Shown here piece by piece: positions 37,235-48,206 of a stretch of 64,000 bases of DNA. The notes beneath the pieces are model-generated. The model did not search any database. It saw nothing but the letters and a program-made list of their open reading frames with translations, and was not told the DNA's origin. The position numbers and the translations under genes are program-made. The stretch is taken from the IMG/VR virus record IMGVR_UViG_3300028624_000003, positions 96,001 through 160,000 of that record. One strand, 5' to 3'. Source of the stretch: a virus (taxonomy: Duplodnaviria > Caudoviricetes). The stretch's first letter is position 1. The number at the start of each line of letters is the position of its first letter.

Positions 37235-39406
37235 ATGTCTTACGGTGAAATACCCAAGCCGGAATATTGGGAAGAAGCGGTAAAACAATATCCGCTTCTG
37301 AAAGATCTATCACTGGATCCCCGGCTTCTGGGCACCAAAGCAAATTTGTGCCCATTTCCCCAGCACAACACATCTCAGCGCATGTCGATGTTCTCCAGTA
37401 ACATCGTACAGGCTCCCATTCCTGAAGGAGCGGAAATTCCCGCAGTATGCTCCGGTTTTGAGCGGCACTTCATGGACTATACGTTCAATGACACGAGAAT
37501 GACTCAGGCTGGTACTACCATTGCCTACATCCAGAAGTATCGTACTCACGTAGGACAAGATCCTATCAAGTTTTCTCCGTCTGCTGTACTGGTATACATC
37601 GGTGATGAAGACGGTCTCGTCCACTGCATGGAAATTACCAGATATACGAAATGCTCGGACGGTTTTGGTTATCCGAACGTAGTCAAGGAACAATTGCTCC
37701 GGGAAGGTATCGGGATTCCTGCAGGAACTGTGATTGCGCATTCTCCTGCGGTACAGAACTCGAAGTATTGCCTCGGGGTAAACGCTAACGTCTGCTACAT
37801 GTCTGCAAAGGAGACAGTAGAAGACGCATTCGTCATCTCTGACGAATTAGCACGGAAGTTCAAATCCACTGGCATACGTACGCTGGTGATAGATATTGAC
37901 AAAAACATGGTTCCCCTGAACCTGTACTCCGAAGACAATATCGACTACAAGTTCATGCCAGATCTGCACGAACGTGTACGTGACGATGGAATCATTTGCG
38001 CATTCCGTACAGTGGATGATGCATCGATGATCGGTGACATGACAGATCGTGCACTGTGCCAGCCACAACATCCGCACGACGAAGTCAAGTTTGCAGAAGC
38101 TGGAGCGGTCATCATCGACATTGATGTATTCCGCAACGGAAGTGGCAGATCTCCTCAGTACAAGACACCTCCGCACATGTTCGCTCAGCTTGACAAGTAC
38201 ATCTCGAATGGTCTCGACTTCCATCGCAAGGTGGTTGACGTATATCACTCGGAATGCGTCAAGAAAGGACGCGATCCTGCACCTGAGTTTGTATCTCTGG
38301 TCACCAGATCGATGAGCATACTGGCTGCCGCAGGTAACTCTGAAGACAGATCCAGGACTCCTCTGCGAACTGCACCCAAGTTCTCCTTTAAAGGAGAACA
38401 GATCAAGTTTATCCGCATGGTGATCACTTACAAGTATGACAACACTGTATCTCTCGGCCACAAGACTTCTGGACGAGAAGGCGCCAAAGGCGTCATCAGT
38501 GCAATCGTACCGAAGAAGCACATGCCGGTGGATGGGTACGGTAACGTAGCAGATATCGTGATCTCTTCGGAGACACCTATCAACCGTATGAACTACGGTC
38601 AGCTCTACGAACAGCACATCAACTTCATCGCCAATCGGGTACTGGCAAAGTACTCACGTGAAGCGTATGAAGAGCGTCAGCGCATGGATGGACTGATCGA
38701 GTTCTATGCTGACGTCAACCCGTCATTCGCTGACATCGTTGCAAATAACGTAGAGACTCCTCGTAGGGTATATACGTATCTTCGTGAGCTGGATCGTCGT
38801 GGGTGGCCGGTAATCGTGGCACCTCCTGGACTAGATCGATTGCGTCCTAGCTGGGTACTATTCATGCAGAATAAGTATCAGGCAATACCCACTCCTGTCA
38901 GCTTCGATCTGTTGAGATTCAGAAGTGGTGGTGATCCTGAAGTTATTCGTCGGGTGCACACATATCGCCCGGTGATGATTGCCAAAAAGTATATCTACAT
39001 CCTCTGCAAAATTCCGCATGCCAGATCGTGTGGTATGACTTACGTCAACCAGATCGGGGCACCCGTACGATCGAAAGCAAAGGCGCAATCTCCTCTTGGT
39101 CTGGTACCTATCAGGATAGGAGAAGACGAAAATCGAAATCTTGCTATGGCGCTCGGTAATAAGCTGGCATACCGGCTTCTGTCGCTTTATGCTAACTCTC
39201 CGACCGCAACAGACGAACTGGCTTTTCAACTTCTCACGTCATCCAAACCTACAAGGTTGGATTGGCTAGACATGAATGATGAGTTGATCTCACGACACAA
39301 CGTCATGGGTACAATATCTCGTCACATGCTAGCCACTTGCGGTATCGATATTTCTCCGGAAAACACGATGCTCCGTAAGGACGAAGAAGCGAGGTTCCGC
39401 AGATGA
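37235..39406 (+). CDS. nvRNAP beta subunit C-terminal part (phiKZ gp71-73-like), no intron
   Basis: HNTSQRMSMFSS; GVNANVCYMS...EDAFVIS; GHKTSGREGAKGVI; NRMNYGQLYE; PIRIGEDE; promoter variant at 37180. Confidence 0.9.
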   Translation: MSYGEIPKPEYWEEAVKQYPLLKDLSLDPRLLGTKANLCPFPQHNTSQRMSMFSSNIVQAPIPEGAEIPAVCSGFERHFMDYTFNDTRMTQAGTTIAYIQKYRTHVGQDPIKFSPSAVLVYIGDEDGLVHCMEITRYTKCSDGFGYPNVVKEQLLREGIGIPAGTVIAHSPAVQNSKYCLGVNANVCYMSAKETVEDAFVISDELARKFKSTGIRTLVIDIDKNMVPLNLYSEDNIDYKFMPDLHERVRDDGIICAFRTVDDASMIGDMTDRALCQPQHPHDEVKFAEAGAVIIDIDVFRNGSGRSPQYKTPPHMFAQLDKYISNGLDFHRKVVDVYHSECVKKGRDPAPEFVSLVTRSMSILAAAGNSEDRSRTPLRTAPKFSFKGEQIKFIRMVITYKYDNTVSLGHKTSGREGAKGVISAIVPKKHMPVDGYGNVADIVISSETPINRMNYGQLYEQHINFIANRVLAKYSREAYEERQRMDGLIEFYADVNPSFADIVANNVETPRRVYTYLRELDRRGWPVIVAPPGLDRLRPSWVLFMQNKYQAIPTPVSFDLLRFRSGGDPEVIRRVHTYRPVMIAKKYIYILCKIPHARSCGMTYVNQIGAPVRSKAKAQSPLGLVPIRIGEDENRNLAMALGNKLAYRLLSLYANSPTATDELAFQLLTSSKPTRLDWLDMNDELISRHNVMGTISRHMLATCGIDISPENTMLRKDEEARFRR

Positions 39407-41388
39407 TTATTCGTCAAGAAGACATGACGTACGAGATGGCTAAACGCATAGTCGAACGCGACAGAAACCCTCAAGGATGGGTTGATGTAGATTTCGTCGA
39501 TGGCGTACGTGACCACCTCGTTCAGCAAGTAGTCATACATCTCCCCATTTGGGAAATCTACCGTAAACTGGGAATACCAGTAAGACAAGCGCACTTTTTC
39601 GACTTCAAGTCGTTTAGCAAAAGTGTTTGGCAGCACCTACTCACCATGGTGTATACCGAATACTATCTGACAGCACCAGATACTGAACTGGACACATTCG
39701 CTCAGTATATTTGGGAAGCTACGAACTACATCGACGAGTTTGGTACAACCGAACTCGCAGAGCATCAGTGCAGCATATCCATCGTGGACTTGGCTGAGAT
39801 CATCGATGATCCAGTAGTCAAGACCATAATCGATGGAGTCAATCTGGACACGAGGTTCGGTACCAACTTGGTTGAGCAGAGCATCACCTCCGCTCGAGAC
39901 AAGTTATGCAAAGTACTTAGTACCAGAGGAGCTGTCAAAAATCAGGCACTCCTCTACTGGCAGCAGGCAGGATTGTTGAATCCTAACCAGCTCCAACAAA
40001 GTCTACTTGCGCTTGGTCTTCGTACAGAAATCAACGACCGAGTAATCCAGCGTCCAGTCTACGGATCTGCAGCCTCAGGTATGCGAGATATCGTAGACAT
40101 GGCGATCGAGCAGCAAGCAGGTAGAAAAGCTGCATCGATGAACCACGAAGCTATCCAGACTTCACAGTACTGGGGACGCAAAGCACACATTCTCGTATCC
40201 GCATTGCGCAAAACGTACTACACCGATTGTGGTGCACACAAGACGATTGTGCAGCACATCTCAGCCAGTAACGCTAAGAACTATATCGGCAAGTTCATCC
40301 GTCAGAACGATGGAAGTTTTGTGCCTCTCACACACAGGAACATCGGCCAGTTCGTCGACAGTAATGTCGATATGGTGACAGTCGGTGGATGCCGTCACAC
40401 AGATGGAGTATGTGCAGTATGCGGTGGCTTGCTGCTCAGAAACATTTCGGTCAGTGGCTTCACTGTGAAGTATCCTAAGTTCTTGTGTGGTTTCGACTAT
40501 GACGAGAGTGATGGTATCAACATCGGCATCAACTCTGCAGCTGAAACAGTCTCGCAGATTTCGCAGATGATCCTGTCCACCAAGCACCTGATTCGAACTT
40601 TGTCGCAGGTATATGTCGTACCTAACGAAGCCCTGCATTTGTTCGTCAGGACCGCACACGGAATAAACCTAACTCCTCAGTTCAGAAAGAGTGGAAATTG
40701 GAAACTCGGTGTGTACACCGAAGACATGTATGGAGCGCAGACAGACCTACTCGAGCTTACCGAAGAGACTACAATCTCTGAGGAACGATTCAGTAGTATC
40801 TCTTCGCTTCTCGTGAAAGATGCAGAAGGAATAATTTCCGAGGTTCCGCTCGTAGTCGAAGGCCAAAAGCCATTCTTCTCGATGGAGTTCCTCCTGTACA
40901 TGAAGGATCATTACACCGAACTTGAACTCGATGATAACGTGCTCTGGATCCCCATGGAGGGTATTCCCGATCTACCAGTTCTTCGAGCTGCGATCGTGAA
41001 TGACTCCACGTATGCGTACGTTTTGTCGATCATCAAGTTCCTTGAGAGCAAAATCCTCTCCAACTATACTTCGTTCGATAAAGCGCTCAATCACTTTGCC
41101 GAACTGGTATGGTCGAAGGTACCCAAAGTCAATATCATGCATCTCGAGATCATGTTGCGTGCTCACATGGTCGGTGGAGTAGATGACTGGGACATACCTG
41201 TGGTCGATGATTTGAATCGCGTAACTTTTGCCAGTTCAAAAGACGTGATACATAATCGCAACTACTCGGGTCAGTTCTCATTCGAAGAGCACAAACGTAG
41301 ATTCGCAGACCCCAAGATGTATCTCATCCCGAGATCTCAAGGTGTGTTTGACAGAAACTACGGTATATGTGGTGACTGGAAACGATAG
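39403..41388 (+). CDS. nvRNAP beta-prime C-terminal subunit (phiKZ gp74-like)
   Basis: TDCG...C...GVCAVCGG Zn site; NIGINSAAETVSQISQMILSTKH; NIMHLEIMLRA. Confidence 0.85.
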   Translation: MIIRQEDMTYEMAKRIVERDRNPQGWVDVDFVDGVRDHLVQQVVIHLPIWEIYRKLGIPVRQAHFFDFKSFSKSVWQHLLTMVYTEYYLTAPDTELDTFAQYIWEATNYIDEFGTTELAEHQCSISIVDLAEIIDDPVVKTIIDGVNLDTRFGTNLVEQSITSARDKLCKVLSTRGAVKNQALLYWQQAGLLNPNQLQQSLLALGLRTEINDRVIQRPVYGSAASGMRDIVDMAIEQQAGRKAASMNHEAIQTSQYWGRKAHILVSALRKTYYTDCGAHKTIVQHISASNAKNYIGKFIRQNDGSFVPLTHRNIGQFVDSNVDMVTVGGCRHTDGVCAVCGGLLLRNISVSGFTVKYPKFLCGFDYDESDGINIGINSAAETVSQISQMILSTKHLIRTLSQVYVVPNEALHLFVRTAHGINLTPQFRKSGNWKLGVYTEDMYGAQTDLLELTEETTISEERFSSISSLLVKDAEGIISEVPLVVEGQKPFFSMEFLLYMKDHYTELELDDNVLWIPMEGIPDLPVLRAAIVNDSTYAYVLSIIKFLESKILSNYTSFDKALNHFAELVWSKVPKVNIMHLEIMLRAHMVGGVDDWDIPVVDDLNRVTFASSKDVIHNRNYSGQFSFEEHKRRFADPKMYLIPRSQGVFDRNYGICGDWKR

Positions 41389-41441
41389 TTAACATGGAGG
41401 GGTAAACCACTTACCCCTCCTTAATCGAAGGAGATTCTGCC

Positions 41442-41903
41442 ATGTCCAAAAAGTATTGTCTCGGTGTCAATCTCGTGGTGATGGAACCCAAGAACCACCC
41501 CACCTCAGGTGCCGAGGGTTTTTCTGTCACCTACCCTGATGGCTATGTGTCATGGATCCCCAAAGAAGCAAAGGAGTCCAGATACATCGAACTGGAGACG
41601 ACTCCGGAAGAAGCCGAACGTGATGAACTCGGTATTCGCCACGCAGATATCGAGAACTTCATTCTCGATGAATCTTCCGAGCTGAAGCAGGTTACGTACA
41701 ATGGGGAACATGTGAAGCGCAATCTGGTATCGACTGCGGTTCTCGCCAACGGATTCGTCATCACAAATGGCTCCACCAGCGTGAACGATCGTAAGTTTGA
41801 CGAAGAGATCGGTCGAGTGGTCTGCCACGAAGCCGCGCTCAATAAGGTGTGGGAATATCTTGGATTTCTTCTCCAGTGGGGCGTAAACGGTCTCAAGAGG
41901 TAG
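41442..41903 (+). CDS. Phage Gp49/DUF2829-like protein
   Basis: EGFSVTYPDGYVSWIPK...LANGFVI...FDEEIGR...KVWEYLGFLLQW. Confidence 0.7.
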   Translation: MSKKYCLGVNLVVMEPKNHPTSGAEGFSVTYPDGYVSWIPKEAKESRYIELETTPEEAERDELGIRHADIENFILDESSELKQVTYNGEHVKRNLVSTAVLANGFVITNGSTSVNDRKFDEEIGRVVCHEAALNKVWEYLGFLLQWGVNGLKR

Positions 41904-41909
41904 AACGTC

Positions 41910-42461
41910 ATGCCGTACACGCTTCAGTTCGAAGAGCTTGATGAAAACGGTGAAGTTATCAAGCCTGACACTCAGCCAAGTGACAATTTGGCAGATCTTG
42001 AACTCACCGATCTGGAGTTGATCCCGGGAATGACAATTCACACAGGTCCTTCCGGGGACTTGCTCAATGATCCTATCACGGATCCTCGTACCGGTGTTTA
42101 TCACGGGGTTCGGTGGAACGAGGATGTGCAGGCGACCGACGAAGAACTTAAGGAAGCCGGCATCGTGGATGAGACTGCAACCGGTCCTGTGACGATGCAA
42201 CTAGGACTTCGGATATACGAGATACCTGCTCAGCTCTATCCGATCTCCTCGAATATACCGATGCCGGAAATGACCGAAGCAGAAATGCTTGAGTTCTCGC
42301 AACTCTCCACGCAATGGAATACGTACGTCAGCTATCGTAAAAGAGGACTGGCTACGCACGATGGTGCGGTCCATCCTTATTTTTCGATACAGACAGTCAC
42401 CGAGCTGCTCGACAGAATATCCGAGCTACTCGATGTTGTTGTTCCTAGCCGACCCATCTGA
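41910..42461 (+). CDS. Hypothetical acidic protein
   Basis: GAGG RBS; hairpin follows. Confidence 0.6.
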   Translation: MPYTLQFEELDENGEVIKPDTQPSDNLADLELTDLELIPGMTIHTGPSGDLLNDPITDPRTGVYHGVRWNEDVQATDEELKEAGIVDETATGPVTMQLGLRIYEIPAQLYPISSNIPMPEMTEAEMLEFSQLSTQWNTYVSYRKRGLATHDGAVHPYFSIQTVTELLDRISELLDVVVPSRPI

Positions 42462-42563
42462 TTCAAACTGAGGGTAGACCCCACTCAGGGCCTACCCTCG
42501 GTATATGTTCACACGGTATATAAATCATATAACACAAAAACCCTCTGAACCTGAGGATTTCTA

Positions 42564-44030
42564 ATGGAGTCTCTGCGCATTGCTGTGTGTCCCACATATA
42601 TCGCAATCCCTTGTAACCATTACGGGGATCTGAGCGGTGGCGGGGATATACGTCGAGTCTTAGACAAATTTCGTGAGATGGAGTTTGAGTACCATTCACG
42701 CAAATGGCTTCTACGAAACCGCTACTACATCTTCGATCGATTGAACCAGGAAATGAGACTACCTCGCAATGCACTATCGTTAGTAACGGATACGTTGAGT
42801 GCACAAAGAATACCGTGTGAGGTAGTCAAAGGAGAGACAGTTACACCTAGAAGTATTGACATCGCGCTTGCTGATGGGTGGGAAGTTCGAGATTATCAGA
42901 AGAGGATTGTAGACCATCTGAGTGATACAACCAAACACATGCGTGGATCTGACTTGCAGACCGGTAAGGGTAAGACATTCTGCGCTAGTGCGACTATCAG
43001 TCGGTTAAAGCAATGCTCTATGGTGATTGCAGACGGTCTCCTCGAGCAGTGGGAATCTGCAGTAAAAGAACAACTGGCACTCACTGACGATGAAGTATAT
43101 ACACTGAAAGGATCTGGTTCGGTTATTCGAATCATGGGGTCCGAGATCAAGCCCAAAGTTTTTATCGCATCGCTCGACACACTGAGAGTATTTGCACTTG
43201 GTGGAGATACGTACACCAACTGCCCCACTTGGCTCGATTTTCAACGCTACTTTGGTATTGGTGTCAAGTTATTTGACGAGTACCATCGTAGTTTCCATGC
43301 GCTGAATACAATAGACCTGATGTCAAATATACAGAACAATCTGTATCTGTCGGCTACCCCGAAAAGAAATAAAAAGAGCGAACAAGCAATATTTGAGCTT
43401 GTCTATCCTGCTGACATGACTATCGGTGGTGAAGAATACGAAAAGTATGTAAACATCACAGGATATGCATACGGTATGGATATACCGAGGGAGTCCATGT
43501 TTAACACCTTCAAAGGTTACTCCCAAGCAAAGTACGAGCTGTATTTGTCGAACAATCCACGTGTTCGTCAGCGGTTCATACGAGAAGTGTTGCAGCCGAT
43601 CATACAGCAGCATTATTTGAAGTTGAAAGATCCTGGAGAGAAGTTGCTCATCTTTTGCGCCACAGTAAAACTGTGCGAACTTCTCAGAGACTATTTGCGT
43701 CACGAATATCCAGATATGGTAGTCAACACTGCGGTCGGTAAAGATCCTGAGTCCAACAAGTACGAGTCTGACATCATAGTCAGTACTCCAAAGTCATGTG
43801 GAACAGGTACTGACATTCCTCTTCTACGGACTGCCATCCGACTCGACTCAGACAGTAGCGAACCAGAGACAGAACAGAGACTTGGCCGACTCAGAAAGCT
43901 CGCAAGTGGAAATACACCCGAGTTCGTTGATGCGTATAATGGATGCCTGAGCAGACATAATGCACACTTCGCTACTCGCGCCAAGATATACAGCAGAAAA
44001 GGTCTACAATTCGTGAGAAGAACCTTATGA
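42564..44030 (+). CDS. SF2 DExH helicase (phiKZ gp75-like)
   Basis: RDYQ, QTGKGKT, DEYH, SATP, GTGTDIP, QRLGRLR motifs. Confidence 0.9.
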   Translation: MESLRIAVCPTYIAIPCNHYGDLSGGGDIRRVLDKFREMEFEYHSRKWLLRNRYYIFDRLNQEMRLPRNALSLVTDTLSAQRIPCEVVKGETVTPRSIDIALADGWEVRDYQKRIVDHLSDTTKHMRGSDLQTGKGKTFCASATISRLKQCSMVIADGLLEQWESAVKEQLALTDDEVYTLKGSGSVIRIMGSEIKPKVFIASLDTLRVFALGGDTYTNCPTWLDFQRYFGIGVKLFDEYHRSFHALNTIDLMSNIQNNLYLSATPKRNKKSEQAIFELVYPADMTIGGEEYEKYVNITGYAYGMDIPRESMFNTFKGYSQAKYELYLSNNPRVRQRFIREVLQPIIQQHYLKLKDPGEKLLIFCATVKLCELLRDYLRHEYPDMVVNTAVGKDPESNKYESDIIVSTPKSCGTGTDIPLLRTAIRLDSDSSEPETEQRLGRLRKLASGNTPEFVDAYNGCLSRHNAHFATRAKIYSRKGLQFVRRTL

Positions 44031-44062
44031 AAATGAGGGTACCTTTCGGGGTACCCTCATTT
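44031..44062. terminator. Hairpin
   Basis: AAATGAGGGTACC-TTTCGG-GGTACCCTCATTT. Confidence 0.7.
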
Positions 44063-44107
44063 CAATCATATGGACGTGCGATTCATTTTTCTTAAAGGAG
44101 TATCACT

Positions 44108-45175
44108 ATGCTGCTGATGGAGTTACCGGATGCCGGAAGAAAGATTATTGAGGAAGTCAGGTATCCCGATCTTTCACAAGCAGAAAGAGTATTTTCTTTT
44201 CCGGAACCTACTGCACACTTTGTATCTACCGGTGTCACTAGTAACGACGAGTTTTCTTCTATCATCGACGGAGACCCTGTTGTAAAATCTTTTCTATCGA
44301 TGAAGATAAATCTGGGGCACATCGTACGTCCTACAAACCGGTGCAAAGGACTCTTCCTTTATGTAAAAGGAGATCTCACTGTAGAAGGTACCCTCTCCAT
44401 GACTGCCAGAGGCTGTCAAGGAAGTGGTAAATACGTAGGAATCGATAAGTACAAAAGATCTGTATTTTTCGATGAGACTGACATCTTCTCCAGATATCGG
44501 AATATCCTAACCATCTCGAAGATTGGTGGATTAGGAGGTGCTGCGAGAATTGCTACCACAAGCGGTACTGGCAAGTATCAAATTCTTCCGGGTAATAATG
44601 GTGAAAGTATTCTCAATGGTTCCGGAGGTGGAGGTTCTGGTTGTGCGTTTTCTTCACATGGTGGTACCGTTACGTCAGGAAGAGGTGCATCTGGTACATC
44701 TTTCTCTGGTGGGGCTGGAGGCGGCGGATGCTGTAACGTAACCAACTCTGTGAATGGGTACAACGCAGCAGAAGAAGGTGGCGCCGGTGGTGCTGGTAGA
44801 GTATCGATACCTAGCGGAAATGGATTGACTCGTGCATCTGGTGGCGGTGCTGGTAACCCTGGAGGCGCGCCTCATTCCGTCAACGGAGGTACAGGTGTCA
44901 GTGGGTCTATTGGTACTGGCGGACTACTGATCTTATTTGTAGAAGGCAATATTCTCATCGGTAATTCCGGAGCGATTGAATCTTGTGGCTGTTCCGGCGG
45001 TCGAGGAGAAACTGCTTCTGGTGGAGGATCAGGAGGCGGGATTGTCGTTATCGCATGCGGTGGACAATTATTCAATCCGGACCGCGTCAGTGTGGCAGGA
45101 GGAGCTGGTGGGATAAACGGCCAGTACAACGGCGGAGCAGGTGGAGATGGTTCCAAGATTATAACTGCGATGTAA
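44108..45175 (+). CDS. Glycine-rich protein (paralog of 11576-12640), possible adhesin
   Basis: Shares DEF.S..DGDPV..SF.SM.I..GHIVRP.NRCKG and the Gly repeats. Confidence 0.7.
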   Translation: MLLMELPDAGRKIIEEVRYPDLSQAERVFSFPEPTAHFVSTGVTSNDEFSSIIDGDPVVKSFLSMKINLGHIVRPTNRCKGLFLYVKGDLTVEGTLSMTARGCQGSGKYVGIDKYKRSVFFDETDIFSRYRNILTISKIGGLGGAARIATTSGTGKYQILPGNNGESILNGSGGGGSGCAFSSHGGTVTSGRGASGTSFSGGAGGGGCCNVTNSVNGYNAAEEGGAGGAGRVSIPSGNGLTRASGGGAGNPGGAPHSVNGGTGVSGSIGTGGLLILFVEGNILIGNSGAIESCGCSGGRGETASGGGSGGGIVVIACGGQLFNPDRVSVAGGAGGINGQYNGGAGGDGSKIITAM

Positions 45176-45178
45176 AGC

Positions 45179-45206
45179 CAGAGAGAAGCCCTGCGGCTTC
45201 TCTCTG
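45179..45206 (+). terminator. Intrinsic terminator
   Basis: CAGAGAGAAGCC-CTGC-GGCTTCTCTCTG followed by TATATTTTTTT. Confidence 0.75.
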
Positions 45207-45275
45207 TATATTTTTTTGCGTATGTGCATTATGTCATAGCACTAAAGAACATTAATCGTTTGGAGTTTAAATCTC

Positions 45276-45866
45276 ATGAAAATTCACCTGTTCAACGACT
45301 CCGAAAACTTGAAAATATATCGACAACAGATGGTGGCTTGTACCGGTCACCGATTTGTAAAAAACGAAGAGTTTTCCAATCTTCAAGAAGGTGATATCGA
45401 GTACAACATTCGCAGGATGCTGAGGGACGCAATAGACGTAGCCCACCGCCGCTACGGGAAGAACATATTCATTTCCGGTGGAGCTACTGGTACAGATCAG
45501 TGGTTTGCACTGGAAGTACTGAAACTTAAAGAACTCGTTGATGATGTCATGCTGATCATCGCGAAACCATTCCCTTCGCAGGATATCCGTTGGCCGCTAG
45601 CTATTCGCGAGAAATTCCATTGGCTTTGTAGTCAAGCAGATCTCATCGTAGATGTTAATCCAGATCCATACGCAGCATGGAAGATGCATGCCAGAAATGC
45701 GTGGATGGTGGATCACTCATCAATGCTGATCGCGATGCACTGCGATGGGGTGGATGTCGGAGGGACTGCAGCTTGCCTTAGTTATGCCCACAAAAAGAGA
45801 GCATTCATTTACGAAATAGATCCCGCCAATCAAGGCTCAATCAGACTCTATAATGAACCGGAGTAG
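45276..45866 (+). CDS. SLOG-family (YspA/DUF1273-like) protein
   Basis: ACTGHR, FISGGATGTDQW, PFPSQDIRW, RNAWMVDHS, GGTA motifs. Confidence 0.85.
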   Translation: MKIHLFNDSENLKIYRQQMVACTGHRFVKNEEFSNLQEGDIEYNIRRMLRDAIDVAHRRYGKNIFISGGATGTDQWFALEVLKLKELVDDVMLIIAKPFPSQDIRWPLAIREKFHWLCSQADLIVDVNPDPYAAWKMHARNAWMVDHSSMLIAMHCDGVDVGGTAACLSYAHKKRAFIYEIDPANQGSIRLYNEPE

Positions 45867-46254
45867 TAACGTGCTCAAAATCTTTTCTAAGTTCAGTGAC
45901 CATGGCCGTAATCTGCTGTCGAAATATCGTCAGTTCACCAAAACCACGTCAGTGTACGACAAAGACCACACACTGGAATATCTGTCACTCGGACTTGTGA
46001 GTGAAGCTGGCGAGGTCGCAGGTGCAATAAAACGTGTGTTTCGTGGTGATAAGAAAAAGTACTCAGGAATAGACCAGATTCATCCTGAAGATAAAGAAAA
46101 AATCTTCAAGGAAATGGGTGATGTACTTTGGTATTTAACCGCGCTGGCTGATCAGTTAGGTACTACCGTAGATGACCTCATTGAGAACAATATGGACAAG
46201 CTCACTGACAGAAAGAAGCGCGACGTTCTCAAAGGTAACGGAGATGATCGGTAA
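45853..46254 (+). CDS. MazG-like nucleoside triphosphate pyrophosphohydrolase
   Basis: LGLVSEAGEVAGAIKR...KEMGDVLWYL...NMDKLTDRKKRDVLKGNGDDR. Confidence 0.9.
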   Translation: MNRSSNVLKIFSKFSDHGRNLLSKYRQFTKTTSVYDKDHTLEYLSLGLVSEAGEVAGAIKRVFRGDKKKYSGIDQIHPEDKEKIFKEMGDVLWYLTALADQLGTTVDDLIENNMDKLTDRKKRDVLKGNGDDR

Positions 46255-46281
46255 TTTGTATCTCTCTTAAAGGAGTGGCTC

Positions 46282-47568
46282 ATGTACCCTCTTGTACTTC
46301 TTCAGATTGTGGTGGTGATGCTGATAGATGCAATATTTCTTCAGCCGATCAAAATACTTATCGGACTAGTATCACGGTTTCTTTGGTGGCCCAGTGTCAA
46401 AGATACTGTAGTCAAGGAAAAGTGTACTGAGTTTGCTAAGAATGGTGTAACTCTCACCGAAAACCGAGTGAAAGACATTGTCTGTTCGTATGACTACACC
46501 AAGATAGTCAACGATGGCGACGCATTTAAGTGGCTCGGACTACTGTATGCATCTATCAGTCGTAATTGGACACTTCTCTGGACTTCTACTGGATACAGTG
46601 TTACCCCATCCAGAACATTTGAGTCAATTGCTGACTATCTGAAGAAATTGCACACACATATCGAGAGTTACGTAGGTGAAAATGGGTGCATTGGACGGTT
46701 TCCTGTAGGACACCCCGAAAGACACAATACAGTCGCGTTTTCTGGTGACATGCTTGTAGGATTCAACGCTTGGCTGTACCATTATTTAGCGAGAGAAGGG
46801 ACATCGATTTGTCCCTGCTTCCGAGAAAAACTTCGAGCGTTGTACAACACGACTGCGTTCAGTGTAAAAGGACCTAATGGTAGTAAGAAACGCTGGATGC
46901 AATTTGCGAACGCTAAATGGGAAACACATGACGTGACACCCAAAGAAGCTCGTGGATATGTGTACAGCATGTTTGGATTTTCCGGTGAAATGATGCGGTA
47001 CATCACGTGGCTGCATCTGGGCTACGCAGTGACAAACCAGAAAGTCTACAAATATCTTGCTCTGTTCGCGAGAGTCATCTTCGCACCGATGCTGATACTC
47101 AACCCTGCGGATGTTTCGATTTTCCCCGGACGAGTTTGTCTTGTCTCGTGGTTCACGATTCATAGCAACTTCTGTTCCGCATTGCTATACTCGAAGATAT
47201 TCAGGTCTTTTTCTGCAAAGAAAGCAGCAGCTGCGGTTCTCGAGCGTAACAAATGGAATACCGGTATGGTTACCATGTGGTACGCAATGACCGGTGCACC
47301 ATGTAGCAGCAAGAACAAATCCAAGTTACTTGGGTTTATCAACCTTCTCTCCCAGAAAGGTAGTAAACCATACACAGGTAATCTGAAGAAATTCTTCTCA
47401 CTCAAATCATTCAGTACGCAAATACTGGCTGAAGAGATTCCGACACCCGATCAGTTAGGTCACAAATATGCAGCGGAGAACAACCAGTTCAAACCGCAAA
47501 CGTGTGACGAAATTCGGAGAGAGTGGTTCAGGATCGAATCGGTGATATGCTACGCAAACATTTACTAA
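46282..47568 (+). CDS. Hypothetical membrane-anchored protein
   Basis: Hydrophobic N-terminus; AAGGAG RBS. Confidence 0.65.
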   Translation: MYPLVLLQIVVVMLIDAIFLQPIKILIGLVSRFLWWPSVKDTVVKEKCTEFAKNGVTLTENRVKDIVCSYDYTKIVNDGDAFKWLGLLYASISRNWTLLWTSTGYSVTPSRTFESIADYLKKLHTHIESYVGENGCIGRFPVGHPERHNTVAFSGDMLVGFNAWLYHYLAREGTSICPCFREKLRALYNTTAFSVKGPNGSKKRWMQFANAKWETHDVTPKEARGYVYSMFGFSGEMMRYITWLHLGYAVTNQKVYKYLALFARVIFAPMLILNPADVSIFPGRVCLVSWFTIHSNFCSALLYSKIFRSFSAKKAAAAVLERNKWNTGMVTMWYAMTGAPCSSKNKSKLLGFINLLSQKGSKPYTGNLKKFFSLKSFSTQILAEEIPTPDQLGHKYAAENNQFKPQTCDEIRREWFRIESVICYANIY

Positions 47569-47654
47569 AAAGAAGATGGGGCTCTTCGGGGCCTCATCTT
47601 CTTCGGATCATCACATGTGTAGGACTTTATTCACTTTTGGGAGATACACTACTC

Positions 47655-48206
47655 ATGTTCGAAATGTTCCTACTCTCTGGGGTCTGTGTCGTACTTATCT
47701 TATTTGGTGCATTCAGTTACAAAGTTTTACCTGGGAAAGGATCATCTATGCTAGATATAAAAGGAAGTAATGATGACCAGTACTACGTAATGCTGGAAGG
47801 TATGGCGTGGTACGATAACGCAATCGAACAAGAAATGACAGAATTAAGAACAATGATTGTCAGTAATCGTTGTCAGTCAGAACAAGAACAAAGAATAAAA
47901 CGTATCGCATCTTTCCGTGCAAAGAGATGCTGCCACATTCTGTCATGGAATGAAAGTCAGGTAGGCGTAAAGAATCCCAGACTACTTCCTACAAATGACA
48001 CTACTGTAACGGAAATGCGTGATGAAATAGAAAAGCTAGAGGATCAGTACGAGACACTTAGAAAACATAAGTGTCGAGCTACTGAAGACACAGCCAGACT
48101 GCACCAAATAGATATACAAATGAGATACACTGAAGCGAAGATCAGAATAACAAAAACACTCCGTGCGGTACTCATCAAGTATTTCCAGTCACAACACTCA
48201 GAGTAG
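47655..48206 (+). CDS. Hypothetical membrane-anchored coiled-coil protein
   Basis: N-terminal hydrophobic MFEMFLLSGVCVVLILFG. Confidence 0.6.
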   Translation: MFEMFLLSGVCVVLILFGAFSYKVLPGKGSSMLDIKGSNDDQYYVMLEGMAWYDNAIEQEMTELRTMIVSNRCQSEQEQRIKRIASFRAKRCCHILSWNESQVGVKNPRLLPTNDTTVTEMRDEIEKLEDQYETLRKHKCRATEDTARLHQIDIQMRYTEAKIRITKTLRAVLIKYFQSQHSE

